A DNA stretch of 51,382 nt, filler included, from Catajapyx aquilonaris (taxonomy: Eukaryota): assembly GCA_000934665.2 (NCBI GenBank). It is 2 parts of 2 records of this genome, joined end to end, with 100 filler letters (N's around TTAATTAATTAA, not from the genome) between each part and the next. Parts side by side here need not be neighbours in the genome. Positions count along the whole stretch, not along the records: positions 1 to 25,633 come from JYFJ02005328.1; 1 more part is not named here. One strand, given 5' to 3'. Position numbers and translations under genes: made by a program. Each line of letters begins with the position of its first letter. The stretch's first letter is position 1. The notes beneath the pieces are model-generated. The model was not told where the DNA came from. It did not search any database and saw nothing but the letters and a program-made list of their open reading frames with translations. Below, piece after piece: positions 1-13,915 of this stretch.

Positions 1-995
1 GACGTCTGGTCAGGCTAACTAAATGCACAATACTGTATGACAGAATTGTCTGAGGTCACAACTGTTTTTTCCTCTTTATTTTCCGTATAGGTAGGGTTTT
101 TTGTTGGAGGAATGCAGCTGGATAAGGTGTTCCCCAACTTACAGAGAGTCAATATTGCATGATAATGTGAAAATGAAATAGTTTCGTAGAATATCTTGCC
201 CGAAAATAGATGAAAGATATGCTTTCAAAGCACTCAAAGCAGTGGGGGGTGAGGGCTCCTTGCCTTGGGTAAGGTGCACCCTGTCGCTAAAGCAAGAACT
301 TCCAGAGTGGACAAAGCGAAATATTATAGAGAATGACACATTTTTTCCTGCTTTACATTATTTTATTTCAATTTAGACATATTTCCTTTTAAAAACGCCA
401 GAGGCACTAGGTCATTGGGTGAAAGGGGCCGGGGCCCCGGGGCCCCGGGACGCCGGGGGCCCCGGCGGGAAAAGACCGCGTCCCGCCTGGGCCAAGCCGA
501 CGCTGGCCTGGGTTATCACGAAGGATACCTACCAGGATTGTTTTTGCAGTAAACTGCCGTAACACAATCCAATGAAATGTTAAAAATTTTCTGTGGCGCG
601 GAGTTTGATGGGTAACCAAACCTAATTTGAGTGCCTTGATTTCAATTTGTCCAAGGTTTCATTTTATTTCAGAAGAGAAAATGGCATGAACACTATTTTG
701 AATATGCGTAGTGAGGGTGTAACAACAATGTAAATCTGGTGTACACAATCCATTGGTGGGTGTATAAATAATGTTTATTACTTTTTGACATTTAAAAAAT
801 GCAGTCTATTAACCACCATTCATTGAGTGGCACAGGGCTGGGGAGGGGGGCGGGATGCAGGTAGACAATGACTCTTTGATCATGAAGTCAAATGTATGCT
901 TACAGTAACACTAGGGATACTGTACTTTCTTCTTTTAAGTGGAGCATTTTCTTATGTGGCTTGATTGACATTACATCGGCTTTCATTTTTTTTAG

Positions 996-3534
996 CATCA
1001 GTACTCATCGGCTTTGTTTTGGGCAGACAAAGTTGTCACATTTTCGGAAAATGATGCTGGAGACCTGTATTGGCTGGCCCAAACGATGATGCTTAGTGGA
1101 CAGTATCATCGTGCTGCTCATCTGATCAAGCTGCATAAGTTAGAAAAGGTGTGTACATTTTTATTTTAGTTACGGGGGATACGAATAGTTTGTGATGCAA
1201 TGTTCTGATGCCAAATCTGAATGCGAGGTCACAATTTATCCTAAGGGCTCCAAATTTTTGGTAGCTAATATACTTGGAACGGAACAGAAATGGTTCATAT
1301 CTGTATTAGTGGAAATTTAACGGATATGCCCAGCGCCCGGACACTTCTATCCCAGGCCAATAGAAAAAGCTGTGCCGTTATCTCTTCCCGCATAGGCGCT
1401 AGTATATCAGCAATGGAATCACGCTGTGGAACTCGCAGCATCATAGCGACAGCGCCTCTGATGGTACAACTCTGCATCTTGGTGTATCGCTGTCGGTAGC
1501 TAGGTGTTAATGCAGAGTTGTCCATCAGGGGCGCTGTTGCTATGATGCTGTAGTTCCACAGCGTGATTCCATTGCTGATATACTGGCGCCAATGCGGGAA
1601 GGGTTAACGGCACGCAAGATGGCGGCAAGTGTCCCGACCTATTATTCCAAGACAGTGGATACGCCTGAGTTTGGTTGGCTTCCAAATTGAAAGGTGAAGG
1701 GAAGTTCTTAGGAGGGATTGCAATTTTACTTCTCCTACCTGGTTCTTACTTGCAAAGTACAGATATGCCAGCTTGAATCAGCTCCATCCATGACAGGATC
1801 CTGGAAAGGAAGGCAAAGAATTTGTAGGACTACTGTATTTTTCTGTGGCACTAATGAAGTGAATGAGAGAAGTGAAAATTAGATTTGCAAAAGAGTTATA
1901 ATCAATGGAAATATAGGGACCAAAATATTGAAATATTTGGACAGCTGTGGGATGGGACCTAAGCTTAACCCTAATAAGACGGGCATCACATATGCTGTGA
2001 CAGTGGCTTTAAAAAATTCTGCTGGCGAAACTATAGCGTTTTCCCACTATGTAACGTGGTTTCTGTGTGGCTTTTTAAATTTTCTCTCGCGTAAAAAATC
2101 GCGAGTTTTGGCCTACAAAATCGTGCATAAATAAACCGGATTAACTTGAATGAAATCATCTTTTTGCGGCCGCTGGAAAAAAAAAAACACTCTGACCTTG
2201 ACCGGCAAATTTTTGGCGTACATAGTTGCCCCCGAACCTCCTCAAGAGATTCCACCCTAAAATTAGTGCAAAAGATGATTCAATAGTTTTAAAATAAATA
2301 AATAATGTTCGTAAATGCCAATTAGCGGCTGGCGGGAGTCTGCGCACTTCAATGCTGACCTCAGGCTGGCTGGAGGGCGCAAGTCCCCCGCGCCTTTTGA
2401 ATGGCTGAATGTTTACATTCGTGAGGAGTTGTTTGTTTATGACTGCTGCAAGTCTCGCAGTCCTGTGACGTAATTCATGCCATGCGCTTATGAACTGCTC
2501 TGTTCAGAGGTGCCAAGGCTACATACCGATAATTTTTTGTCAAGCAGGCAGAGTGACAAAAAAATGGAGTAGGCGAGAAACATACCCCTGCGCCACCTAA
2601 TTTGCGTGTTTAAGACTTTACATCTCTGTATCGTATGAGAGGAGGGTCACATAGATGGCCTCAGGATCAAGCCTGGACACTATCGATCTTATTCACTAGT
2701 GTTTTCAAGTCTCGTCCCGCAAGTCCCAAAGAAAGCGAATTTTTTGCAGATACTTGCAAAAACGCGAAAAACCACCAGTCTTATTAGGGTTAAACATAAT
2801 ATCCATTTACATTTCATAATATAGTTATACATAAACCCTGAAGGTAATTTTATATAAATTTGTAATAATTTTGTATACATAAGTCACACTACACTCACAA
2901 TGAATTTTTCATTTGTTGCATGTCATGTCAACACTCAAAAAACTTTATTTGGAGGTTTTCAATTTTTGTAATTTCGGATAAAAGATTCTCAACCTGTACC
3001 ACACTTCCTTTGACTATCTGAAGTAGAATATCGTGGAGGTTTGCAATATTTTGACTACTGTGCCTAAGTTGATTATATTGGTTCTGCAATTGTGTCGTTC
3101 ACTTTTCTAAGTGACACTAGTAGTGCACCAACATCAGAAATTTGAGTGCCTAAAGCAAAATACTTTGGTACAGTAAATCCTGTCTGAAATGGACCCTGGA
3201 TATTCCTGGAACATGTCAATTGCAGAACTTTATAGTTTGGTCTCAATACAGGATTTTCAGGGTCTTTCTATAGCGGTCTTATGGCTAGCACAGCCTTCTA
3301 CTTCTGAGGTCCTGCATTCGATACCCTGATCAGCCGGAGGGATTTTTCATGTGGAAAGAGTTTAGTTTCTCTGTGTGTTCATGTGGATTTTCTTGGGGTT
3401 ATCCCAATTACTACACAATCAAAATCTATCACAGCACAGGCAATTAATAAAGTCAGGGATTTAAAAGGTGATCCTCTAAAAGGCCTCGCTAGGCCTATCA
3501 TTAGGTCTCCAACAACATCAACTACTACCACTCA

Positions 3535-3628
<94 letters not shown>

Positions 3629-6600
3629 GAAACCAATTCAATGCAGAAACTTGTGTGGTACAGAGATTCCACTATAGACATGTTTCACTGTAAGGCTATT
3701 TTCACATGGGGCCACCATGACAGCGCTGCCAAGGCAGCGTGGCCAGGTCTTTGCATTGCTGCAAGTGGAGCCTTTCACACGTGGTGGTTGGCAGGGCTGC
3801 CAGATATGCTGGTGGCGGGCAGGGCGACTTTCGGCGCTGCCAGCCTCTGCCAGCTGGCCACACCGCCACGTGTTTGTATTGAATAATATGAAGCCTTTCA
3901 CACGACTTTTCTTGCGGCCAGCATGGCTGCCTAATTTATGGCGCTGCACTGCCATGGTGGCCTTGTGTGAAAATAGCCTAACATCCTTTCCACCAATACA
4001 GATGTGAACTGATTTCTGTCTAGTGGGATACAACAATACAATGTTAACAACTGATTAATAGCGTATTCTTTTTCTTTCCTTCTTCAGGTCAACTTGAAAT
4101 GCAGATATTTGGCAGCAAAGTGCATGTTAGAGGTGAAGGACTATGCAGAAGCTCTGGAGCTGTTGGATGTCTCAGAGGACATGACGACAAAGAGTAAAAA
4201 TGAGAGTGCAATCTCTGATACTATGGAAGAAACGGAGGACCCTATTAGTAATGTATGTATCCAATTAAACAATGGAACCAAGGTGGTTGTCATTGTTTTC
4301 TGAACTAAGGTGCCTGCATGCCTGGAGCCATGGTGAAACTAAAGTGGAAAATATTAAAATTAAAATTAAAATTTTAAAAATTACATGATAAATGAGTGCA
4401 AAGGAAACAGACAAGTATTATGGTATTACAGAACCATGATCCCAGTCATGGCTGGTTCTGCCATTGTTCCTATGGCATATTTCACATTCTGTGTATGTAA
4501 AGTATAAACTCTATTACCTTTAATACCATTGAGTCTTATAGCATTAACAGTTACCCTTTTTTTCAGATCATGAGCTCATTACTGTATTTGAAGGGGCAAG
4601 TGTATGAGGCTATGTCTAATCGTAGTCTAGCTACTGAGTGCTTCCGTGAGGCATTGCAGTATGATGTTAATTGTTTTGAAGCCTTTGAAGCACTTGTACA
4701 ACATCAAATGCTGACACTAGACGAAGGTATGTACAGTTCTATCAGAAAACCTATTGTCAGCATACAGGAGAAATCCCACTAAGTCCTATCTTGGGTGTTT
4801 TGAGTTATTGACACCACTACATAGCATTTTTAATGATCTATGGCTTGTTGAAGTCCAATAAGTCCTGAAGATTCATAAGGAACCAGGAAGCCAGGATTTT
4901 CTGGCTTCACTAGCAGGCAAGGTCTAATCATTAATATATTTTAGATTATCTCAAAACTTTATTTAGTTTTTAATTATTTGGGGCCTTGGTGGATTTCTGT
5001 TGCTTGCCCAATATTCTAGTGTGCTAGCGGAATATCTGTGCTTCACTCTAGTAAAATCATTACATTTTTTATTTTCATTTATTGAATGACGGAGTTGGAA
5101 GACTCCCCAAGATACCCATTCCTCAGACCATCACCTGTATCTGAAGAGTATTTGGGAAACGCTGTTGCTGACTCTGGCCCTAGTTATTTACAAGGGGCAC
5201 ACACTCTCACTGGCAACCTTGTCTCTCCACACCAACAATTCTTTCAGTCTTCCCCCCCCCCAAATGTTTTGAGTGAGGATGATTTATCATAAACAGTTGC
5301 AAAGTCTTCATTTGATGGTAGCAGAATTCTCGGATGCGCGGGGAAAAGAGCATAAGTCAAAAAGATCATTTTCTTCCTTACGCTCTTTTTCCCCCAAATC
5401 CGAGTCTTATCAATGAGGTGGATTATTTATAGAGGTGAATGGTCGGATTCGGGGGGAAAAGCGCATAAGTCAAAAAATTATCTTTTTGACTTATGCTCTT
5501 TTCCCCGCGCATCCTAGAATTCTTCTCTAGGCCTACTTATGGATTGTGATTGCTGCCCAGCTGTTTTCCATTTTAACCTCATTCTTTGATTTGGAATTGC
5601 GAATAACAATCTTGCATGGGCACATCATTTATTATTCTTTCCAGTGAAAACACCACTTTCCAGTGAGTGAAAACTCACCCAAGAAAATTAAAAGACTAGA
5701 TCAGTGGTTCCCAACCTTTCCCGGGTCGGGACCAATTTCCTATAAAATATTGCAAGTAAAAATTACCGCAGCCACCGCGCGACCCCCCCGGAAAAGGCTC
5801 CGCGACACACGGGTTGGGAACCACTGGACTAAATGTTACTGGGAGATTTCTTGATTTCTCTCTCCATCCTGGAAATGGGAATTAACTCCCGATATTTTCC
5901 ATCAGGAGAAGCGAGGTTGTAACACAGGCTCCCCTGGCGGCAAGAATCATATCCATGATGTTGCACTGGTGGGCCATTCTCTGGAATTTTTGCTGCATTG
6001 AAAATACTAGGCCACATGTGATGGAGATGATCTCTTTCTTGCCAACATGAAGGAAATTGGGGATGTGAAAAAATTTCATGTGTGTGGTTTTGTGGTGTAC
6101 AGGTAGAGGGCATGCTTCTTGTGAGGGAATGCCAACCTTGTACAGGGGACAATTTATTGTACGAGTACATTGGTACCTATACAAAGACCCAAAAACCAGG
6201 TGGCACTTTTGTTTGGATCAGCCCCGAACTCATTGACAATGTTCACTGAATTTCTTGCTCCTTTTCAGAGAAAGAACTACTGGGGACTCTACCAATAGCA
6301 AGGCAAGGTTCCAAGAGTAATCCAGATTTGGTCCTATTTTTGTATGAAGACAAACTGAAGAAGTATGGGAAACCAGCCAAAGCGGTTGTTCCAACATCAT
6401 TTGAGGCCCTCAAGGGAAACTTTGATTTTCTTGTGAACCAAGCAGAGCGTCACTATTATAACTGTGAATATGAAGAGAGCAACAGGATAACAAAAGAGTA
6501 AGTGTTTCATTGTGTTGAACTTGAATGACATTTAACTGACTTTAATCTGCAGGGTTCTCAAGAAAGATCCTTTTCATAATTCATGTCTCCCACTGCATGT

Positions 6601-9600
6601 TGGCTGTCTAGTGGAGAAAAAACAATCCAATGGTAGGTGACACATTCATGGCCTAATCAACCAATCTGTTTCATTAAACTTTTTTCAGAGGAAAGAAGAA
6701 TTTAGTTGAATCCCTTACATACAGTAGTTGAGCTTTCAATGCTATAGTGCCATTGTATGATTTTTATAGTTATCCCTAACCAACGTCTTTTTAATATTCA
6801 TTGTTCTCAGCGATGGACAACACAGGAGCAGCTTGCTTTCGAGTGTGGGACAAGTCAGAGCACTAGGACCAGAGCCATGTGCCATCCATATCACATTACA
6901 TTTAAGAAAACCATCGCCCTCACTGAGACAGTTTCAATGTCTTTCGCCAAGGGCAAAGCGGCACTTCTTTTAGGCCTCAGAGAGATGGTGAGGTACCAAC
7001 GAGGATGACAACTTCCTGCTACCTTTCAGTCTTTCAGAGTCCTAAGCATAGTGCTCTCACTTGTCCCACACTCGAAATCAAGCTCCCGTGTTGTCCATCA
7101 CCGAGTGTCGTCCAACAGCTCCAAGCACATCAGGCGCTGGGCATTTTAGGGCGATGGTGCGGTGGGGGGATTGTGATCCCTTTTTGTTTTCCCTCCCCCT
7201 TTACGATATGGGTGACATACATACCACATCAAATAGTAATCGCTGGAGTTTCAAAACATAGTAAAGCTCATCTCTGTATGTGTTACTGTTTTAGAATAAA
7301 AAAATACATGCAATGACTTATAATGAAACAGCCCATGTAACTAGAGAAATAATAATTCTAAAGCTGCAGTAAGGGACCAGTTCTTGTTTCATGTCTCACT
7401 ACTTCTGCTCAGGCTAAGTTCAATGAAACGGTCAAAGGAAAAAGAACAGAAGCAGTTAATTATTCTTGAGAGTGGAGTGCAAACTCTGAGTAAAGTTTAA
7501 GTTGGTCAGGAATAATTATTGTTTGCTGCACAATAGTATGCCCTATACGAAATCTTTTCTATCGTCCCTGAGTTCATGCGAAAGGCTACTTGATAGTGTG
7601 TGTGTGATGCTTGAGCATGACCATCAGTGGCCTTTGTACGAGTAACAGGCACTACTTCAAGGCTCACTTGAACTGTTCATTTTGAAAATACTTTTGGCCT
7701 ACTTTATGATTTTAAGAAACACTATTACTCCTTTGGGAGGAGCATGATCTTAGAATACTCAGGTCTGGTCACTCCCACTTATCACCTGCCGGGGCGTTTT
7801 GCACGAGGTGCTCACTTGCGAGTGCCATGAGACAGCTTTTCACTGCTGGATTATGTGGCGACCCTACCGGACTACGCTGAACTTAGGTAGAAGAGAAGCC
7901 GCTACATGCGGGCCCAACATGGCGGCAGGCAACCATGTTGGGTCCCCCAATGTAGCACTTCCCTTTTGTACCTATAAAGTTCAGCGTAGTCCGGTAGGGT
8001 CGCCACATAATCCAGCAGTGAAAGGTCTCATGGCGCTCTCAGGTGAGCACCCCATGCAAAACGCCCCTGCAGGCGATGATAAGACTGTAGGGGTAGTGTC
8101 CGTGGGCTGGAGAGGAGCATATTTTTGGTCTCAAACTTTTTTGGGGTGGATTTTAAAAAATGGATATGTATTATGCAAGTGAGAGTTGGAGGGTTAAATA
8201 ACTGCCCTCGAAATTAATTCCACGTAATTCATGAAGTTCATGAAAGATAGCTATAATTTGTGGTCATTGACATTCCTGTTGCAGAGTTGTTCCAGTTAGC
8301 TCATCAGTTGGTAGACTTGTATCCAGGGACTGCATTTGCATGGTTTGCAGTTGGATGCTACTACTTCCTTGTAGGTAAGCATCAATGTAATTTGGATGAA
8401 GGTGCACTGATTCCACAGAGTGGGTCAAATGTCATATCATTGTTTCGTAACTATTAGCGTATCCAGAAAGTAAGGTCCGTTATTTATTAGAAAAACCACA
8501 ATGTGCCCCCAAAATGTTTATTTACACATCTGAAATAGACAACTGTCTACTTTTTTTCAAAATAGTTTCCAAATAAATCGAGGCATTTTTCACTGAGTTA
8601 CACAAGATTTTGTATGCCTATGTCATTGAGGTCTGCCGCCAGCCATTAAATGCACGATCCCTGAAATCTGCATTGCAACTCCTCATCATTTCTTCCTGTC
8701 CATGGACAGGTGGTAATCGCTAAGCTCTAAATCCCTGAAGATCAAACAATTTCGCTCAAATTGTTGCGTCTGGGTTTCAGTAAGCAAGGCGGGGGGGCAT
8801 TGTCACACAAGAAAAACACCAGGAACTCAACATGCCGCTACGCAATAATTCACGTGTGAATAATTGTTCGATCACCTGGGATTTCGAGCTTAGCGATTAC
8901 CATCTGTCCATGGACAGGAAGAAATGGCTTGCAAAGCAGATAAGAAGGTTGATGATGATGAAGAGTTGCAATCCAGCGTTCAGGGATCGCAGAAATGGCT
9001 GGCGGCAGACCTCTATGACATAGGCATACAAAATCTTGTGCAACTCAATGAAAAATGCCCCAATTGGGCTGAAAACTATTTTGAAAAAGAGTAGACAGTT
9101 GTCTATTACAGATGTACAAATAAAAGTTTTGGAGGTGCATTGTGGTTTATCTAATAAATAAACGGACCTTACTTTCCGAATATGCTAATAGTATAGGCTG
9201 TAGAGCCGCATTGGCTGGTCAGCCGTTAACACCCCTTTAAAGTAAAGTATAGGCAGGATGCATAAGTTCAGTAAATCAAACATTAGAAGGCTCCTTGTTA
9301 TACTGTCAATGCTTGATACATTCATTCACTTGCCTTTGCCCATGTGAATCTGTGACCCCATGTTCCACTGGAAACGATCCCTGCCAGGATGATTTTTTCC
9401 TTCAACATCAATTTCATTGCCACAATTTTTAAAGTGGAGTTTCTCCTAATAACGTAGCATAAAAATGGGAAACTCTGTTTTGTCCTATCTGTTCCTGTAT
9501 TGCAGACACCTGTGTTATAAGTGCAAATTTGCAATTTTCCCCCCAATTTTTAATCGTCACAGGATATGCCAGGAATTTCTTGTCATTTTTATGGCAATGA

Positions 9601-12600
9601 CAAGTGATGGCTGATTTTCCGAGTTACCAGTTGTTCACTAAAACTGGAATTAATGAAATGAATACTTCTAAAATCATGGTTCTCCATTATATTACTGTAT
9701 TTGAAGGGGCTCTTTCCATCTCTCCCTGTCTCTCTTTCTCCTTGTAACCCAAGAAATACTGCATCTGTTCCCCATTGTTGTTGTTTTTATACTTTTAGAT
9801 AATTATGGGATTGGTGCATCTCAAGTTACACAGTGCTCAGTTTTCAGTTATTTAATGTTGAATGGAAGTAAGCTATAAAGGATTATTTTTAGGAAAGAAT
9901 GATGCTGCTCGTATATATCTGAGCAAATCTACCATGATTGACAAACTATTTGGACCTGCCTGGCTAGCATATGGACACTCGTTTGCTGTTGAGAATGAAC
10001 ACGATCAAGCTATGGCAGCCTATTTCAAAGCTTCACAGCTCATGCGGGGGTAAGGGATATGCATTCAATATATTATTGATGGTGTGTTGTAAGTGAATAT
10101 TTTTTATAGGTGTCACCTGCCACTTCTATACATTGGTCTGGAATGTGGATTGACAAACAACCCAAAACTGGCCGAGAAATTTTTCCACCAAGCTTTGGAT
10201 ATTGCACCTGATGACCCATTTGTTCTACATGAAATGGGTGTGATTGCATATCAAAATCAAGAGTAAGTGTTCTTCCAAAAGAAGCATAAAGGTCATAACT
10301 GAGGTTGAAGTCACCTGTCAGGAGAAAGGAATGTAGATTTGCTACTGGTTCTGAGGCTTAGTTTGTTTGTGCAGATATTGAAAGTCATGCTTCACGTACT
10401 GTGTAGAGAGCTTAATGTTGACTCTTAGGGAAAATAACTCGTGCAGCTTTTTTCTGAAAATTACATGGCAGATAAATATTAGTGCCTCAAAACACATTGG
10501 TGCATGTTTTAGGTACTTAACAGAAGTAGTTAATGGTGATTGGGGAGGTGTGGTGGCCGAGATGGTAAAGTCTCGGCTTGGTGAGTGAAAGGTCCCAGGT
10601 TCGATCCCTGCCTGGGAGCTTCCTTTCCCCTGCCTCAGGAGGGTCTCTGGCAGGCGCCTTGGAGGTGACTGGGAACCTAACCACCTGGGGTACTGCACAT
10701 GGCCATTTAACGACATTGCACCTGCACCTGTGTCCCCTCCTCAAAAATCCCTATTCCTACCCTACGTCCTTGATTCCTTGCACCGGAGATTGAAGTAAAA
10801 TAAATTAGAAAACTGATGGTGGTGTGCCACCCCCCAAGTAGGGCATTGTTCTCTGGTACAGGGTAAAAAAGAACAAAAACAAAACAAAACAAAAAATTAA
10901 TGGCGATACAGTTACACTGCATCATAAGACCTGCACTTCTGTCTTAAGGGGAGCCAGGCCAGCCAAAATCACCACCCAGTAGCCACTGCCCACCAATACC
11001 ATGTGCTTACATCCCCTCAAAGCAGATATAGGCAGGCTAATATGATGCAGCACAGTTTTACCAGCCATCACTACTTGTGTGTCAAGCAGTAGCCCATTGT
11101 AGTGTTGTTGAGTTGTGTTCAACAGTTATATGGCCATGCTGGCATGATGGTAGGTTAAAAAAATTTTAACCACTTTCACTTTGCTTTTTCCAGTTACACA
11201 GGTGCCGAAAAATACTTTCTGCAAGCCGTGGGACACCTGAAATCAGTTCGTCAGACTACTCTGACTGAGAAGTGGGAGCCGCTTCTGAACAATTTAGGAA
11301 ATGTCTGCCGAAAGCTACGGAAGTATGAAGAGGCCCTTCAGTATCACGAACAGGCCCTTGTCCTTGTTCCATTGGCACCAACAACGTATTCAGCCATTGG
11401 CTTTGTGAATGCTTTGATGGGAAATCTTGAAGCTGCAGTTAATGCTTTCCACAAATCCCTAGGCCTGAGAAGGGATGACACCTTCAGCACAACAATGCTA
11501 GGTTCAGTCATTGAGCAATTAATGGATGATATGCCACCCTTTAAAGGTAAGCAGTGTGTTGCTCTTTTACCATCATTCAACACTCTTATTGACATGGAAT
11601 TGGAGTCAAAATTTTGGTTCATTACCTATGGGATAAGAGGGAACAGTGCTAAGATCAGTGACTGTGTGTACTGTACAAGGGACTAGGGAGAGAAGCTATG
11701 CCAGGCCGCCCTCCTTAATATTAATTTCAATGTACAAGGGACTAACCTGTTCTGCCTTGTGCAGGTGCACCTTGGTAAGATGATTTTAGCCGCCAAATAC
11801 TTGAGACTAAGCCACAGAGTGGCCAAATGACTTTAGAATACATGGAGTAAGAAAGGGTGCCCCAGCCTCAAAAACTACTTTAGTTCATGTTATACTCCTA
11901 CTTGTTCAGCCTCAGCATAATATCCAGCTCCTGTTTCATGAAGTGCAGCATGAGTTGTACATCTTGATTATAACAATTGCATTGCCTTTGCCTTTAAATG
12001 CCTTGTCCCAGGTCAGGACACTGACATCTTTCTCTTCCTGCTTTTTGCGTCCCCTATACCCCAATCACATCCCTCCCACCCTCCCTATTTCATAGCATAA
12101 TCTCAGTGTCCTCAACCTTGCCAAGGTCTCCAAATAGGATGATGTGCCTACTGCATGGAGCACAAGCAGGTAACCAACAAGCTTCCCTTCAGGCTATTAT
12201 ATTCTCTGTTGCAAAAAAGGAAGCATGGCACATGTGATTAGGTGATGGGTGTTTTTCCAGGCTGGGAATTGAATGCAAGGTGGGAATCCATGATGAGGAA
12301 GCTGCAGTGCACATATGAATCAGGAATTGGATGAATGTTCAGTGCAGAAAGTATGTGCACGAATCAGTCATGCAGTGCCCTGCTTTCTCCCCTACAATTG
12401 AGAAAGGAATTGCCTGGAGGGAAGCTTGTTGGTACACAGACATGCTTCATGCAGTAGCAAAGGCCCAGGGCAGGCCAACCCAGTCAGAGAGATTCTTGCA
12501 CTGGGCCTGTGCAAAGTAGGCCCATTGGTTAAAAGTGATCATAGGTGTCCTTAGACAGGCAGGTGTAATGTAGGTTAATTTTTAGTACATAGCCATTATA

Positions 12601-13196
12601 TCCTGCTGATGGATTATCATCTCCAGGTTTCCTATCTCTGTGAAGAGTTCAATTGCTCTTGTAGGTGTTATTCTGACCACCTGTACCTTCTGCATTGACA
12701 GCATTCATAAAATTAATGTGAAACTAAAAATTAGTTCAGAACAATGCAATGAATGGGATGCACTTTGCAAGGTTTATGTTCCCTCCCCCTCCCTTACAGT
12801 GCAAGGCAATCATACACAATAAACAGCTATTATTAGGCATTTGAGGATGTCACAGAATACATTGTGAATTATGGCACATTTTTGGTAGGATCTGCTGACT
12901 ATGCCCCAGATACATTCCGATTGCTGCGCTCCAGCAGCACGACCAGCCGAGACACTTCTAGGACAAGTGCCTCATCACCTGACATATCAATGGGTAATGA
13001 ATCCTTTCTGCCATCTGAGGAGCGTGTTGTATCTAGGGGAAAGGCTGGAAAGAAGAGGAGCCAACTTAGAATGCCTTCCTTAGAGGCATCTGTAAGAGAA
13101 GACACTAGAGATTCCTCTGCCATATCCATGGATGTAGATATGGATGAGACAAGTGGGTTAGATGTGGAGTTGGAAAGTAGCAAGTCCGATGATTGA
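996..13196 (+). CDS. CDC16: Cell division cycle protein 16 (APC/C subunit 6, TPR protein); 5'-partial, 10 exons
   Basis: GT-AG exons in continuous phase: 996-1148, 4088-4252, 4567-4726, 6269-6497, 6553-6632, 8285-8374, 9893-10049, 10110-10262, 11194-11546, 12889-13196(TGA). Motifs HQYSSALFWADKV, YWLAQ..QYHRAAH, FGPAWLAYGHSFAVENEHDQAMAAY, GCHLPLLYIGLE, WEPLLNNLGNVCRKL match CDC16 as I recall it. Confidence 0.96.
1296..1768. mobile_element. Foldback MITE, unclassified
   Basis: Inner arms ~1385-1478 / 1510-1601 are inverted copies; outer CATATCTGTA / TACAGATATG. Confidence 0.65.
3272..3500 (+). mobile_element. Degenerate tRNA-derived SINE
   Basis: B-box-like ATTCGATACC followed by TGTGGAAAGAGTTTAG..GTGGATTTTCTTGGGG central-domain-like sequence. 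Confidence 0.45.
3537..3629. repeat. Compound microsatellite (CTG)n(CTA)n
   Basis: Directly visible; in a CDC16 intron. Confidence 0.95.
3694..3978. mobile_element. PIF/Harbinger (Tourist-like) MITE
   Basis: TIR GGCTATTTTCACA / TGTGAAAATAGCC, TAA on both flanks. Confidence 0.85.
5331..5515. mobile_element. MITE with long TIRs and 8-bp flanking repeat
   Basis: GGATGCGCGGGGAAAAGAGCATAAGTCAAAAAGAT and its inverse; AGAATTCT on both sides. Confidence 0.8.
5702..5826. mobile_element. hAT (Charlie-like) MITE
   Basis: TIR CAGTGGTTCCCAACC / GGTTGGGAACCACTG; 8-bp TSD GACTAGAT / GACTAAAT. Confidence 0.9.
6806..7105. mobile_element. Foldback MITE, unclassified
   Basis: ~60-bp imperfect inverted arms CTCAGCGATGGACAACAC..GAGCACTA / TAGTGCTC..GTGTTGTCCATCACCGAG. 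Confidence 0.7.
7743..8083. repeat. Long palindrome built from a dispersed repeat (relative at 23910-24083)
   Basis: ~150-bp arms around CCCAACATGG..CCATGTTGGG; left arm aligns by eye to 23910-24066. Confidence 0.8.
8454..9188. mobile_element. Mariner-derived foldback MITE
   Basis: TA flanks; TIR TTAGCGTATCCAGAAAGTAAGGTCCGTT; arms carry transposase 3'-end remnants (..SDYHL.., DDEELQ..WL). Confidence 0.85.
10542..10896 (+). mobile_element. tRNA-derived SINE, family A
   Basis: A box TGGCCGAGATGG, B box GGTTCGATCC, A-rich tail, TSD TTAATGG(T/C)GAT. Confidence 0.9.
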
Positions 13197-13915
13197 TTAG
13201 GAGTTTCAAAGCCAGTGAAAAACACATGGATTTAAAAAGTTTTCTGATTCGCCCTCGTACCACTACTGCTCATGGGATAGCACACTGATCTGATTCAATT
13301 AAGAAGTAGAGAATTGGATATGGCACACTCCAACCAAGTTGCTGTCATTTGTGATATACTTGTATGTAAGCAAAAAATTTCATTCGTTATCTCTCTCTCT
13401 CTCTCCCTCTCTCTTCAAGGGAGTACAGGGTGTACACTTACTTTACCCAGAAGTTATTTAATAACTTTAACACGAATGAAGATATCGCAAAGAAATTTGA
13501 ATTGAACTAACCTCATTATGTGAGAAAGGAAATGGCATCAAAACATGTGCTGGAAATGGCCACCATTTGTGTCCAGGCAGGCCTGAACACGATGCTACAT
13601 ACAGGGTGTTCCAGATTCGTGGGTCACTTTTAGACTTTTTCGAGAAAAAAAGTCTTATACAATGGCCGTTCCAAAATGATTTACAATTATTTTTTTGCCA
13701 CAGACACAGTGCCCATGCAGGTTGAAAAATAGGCACACATTATAGATAGAATCCTCCTGGAGCAGAATTCACTGGCACTGGTACTGGTCAACCTCTTCAG
13801 GCCCTCCAGGAACACCGACTCCCAGACAACTCTTCACAGTCAACAATGTCCTCGAAATGGCATTGGCAAAGGGACTTTTCAAATGTATTCGAACAGATGA
13901 AAGTCACTGGAGGCA

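Noticed and set aside
3383..3886. 167-aa ORF with poly-Ala/Thr
   Set aside because: Made of a SINE remnant, a microsatellite and a MITE inside an intron.
5850..6184. Minus-strand ORFs with faint THAP-like residues
   Set aside because: Motif needs several frameshifts; cannot be supported without a search.
10542..10615. tRNA gene (also heads at 13916, 31241, 37229, 41416)
   Set aside because: No complete cloverleaf; followed by SINE bodies and tails, mostly with TSDs.
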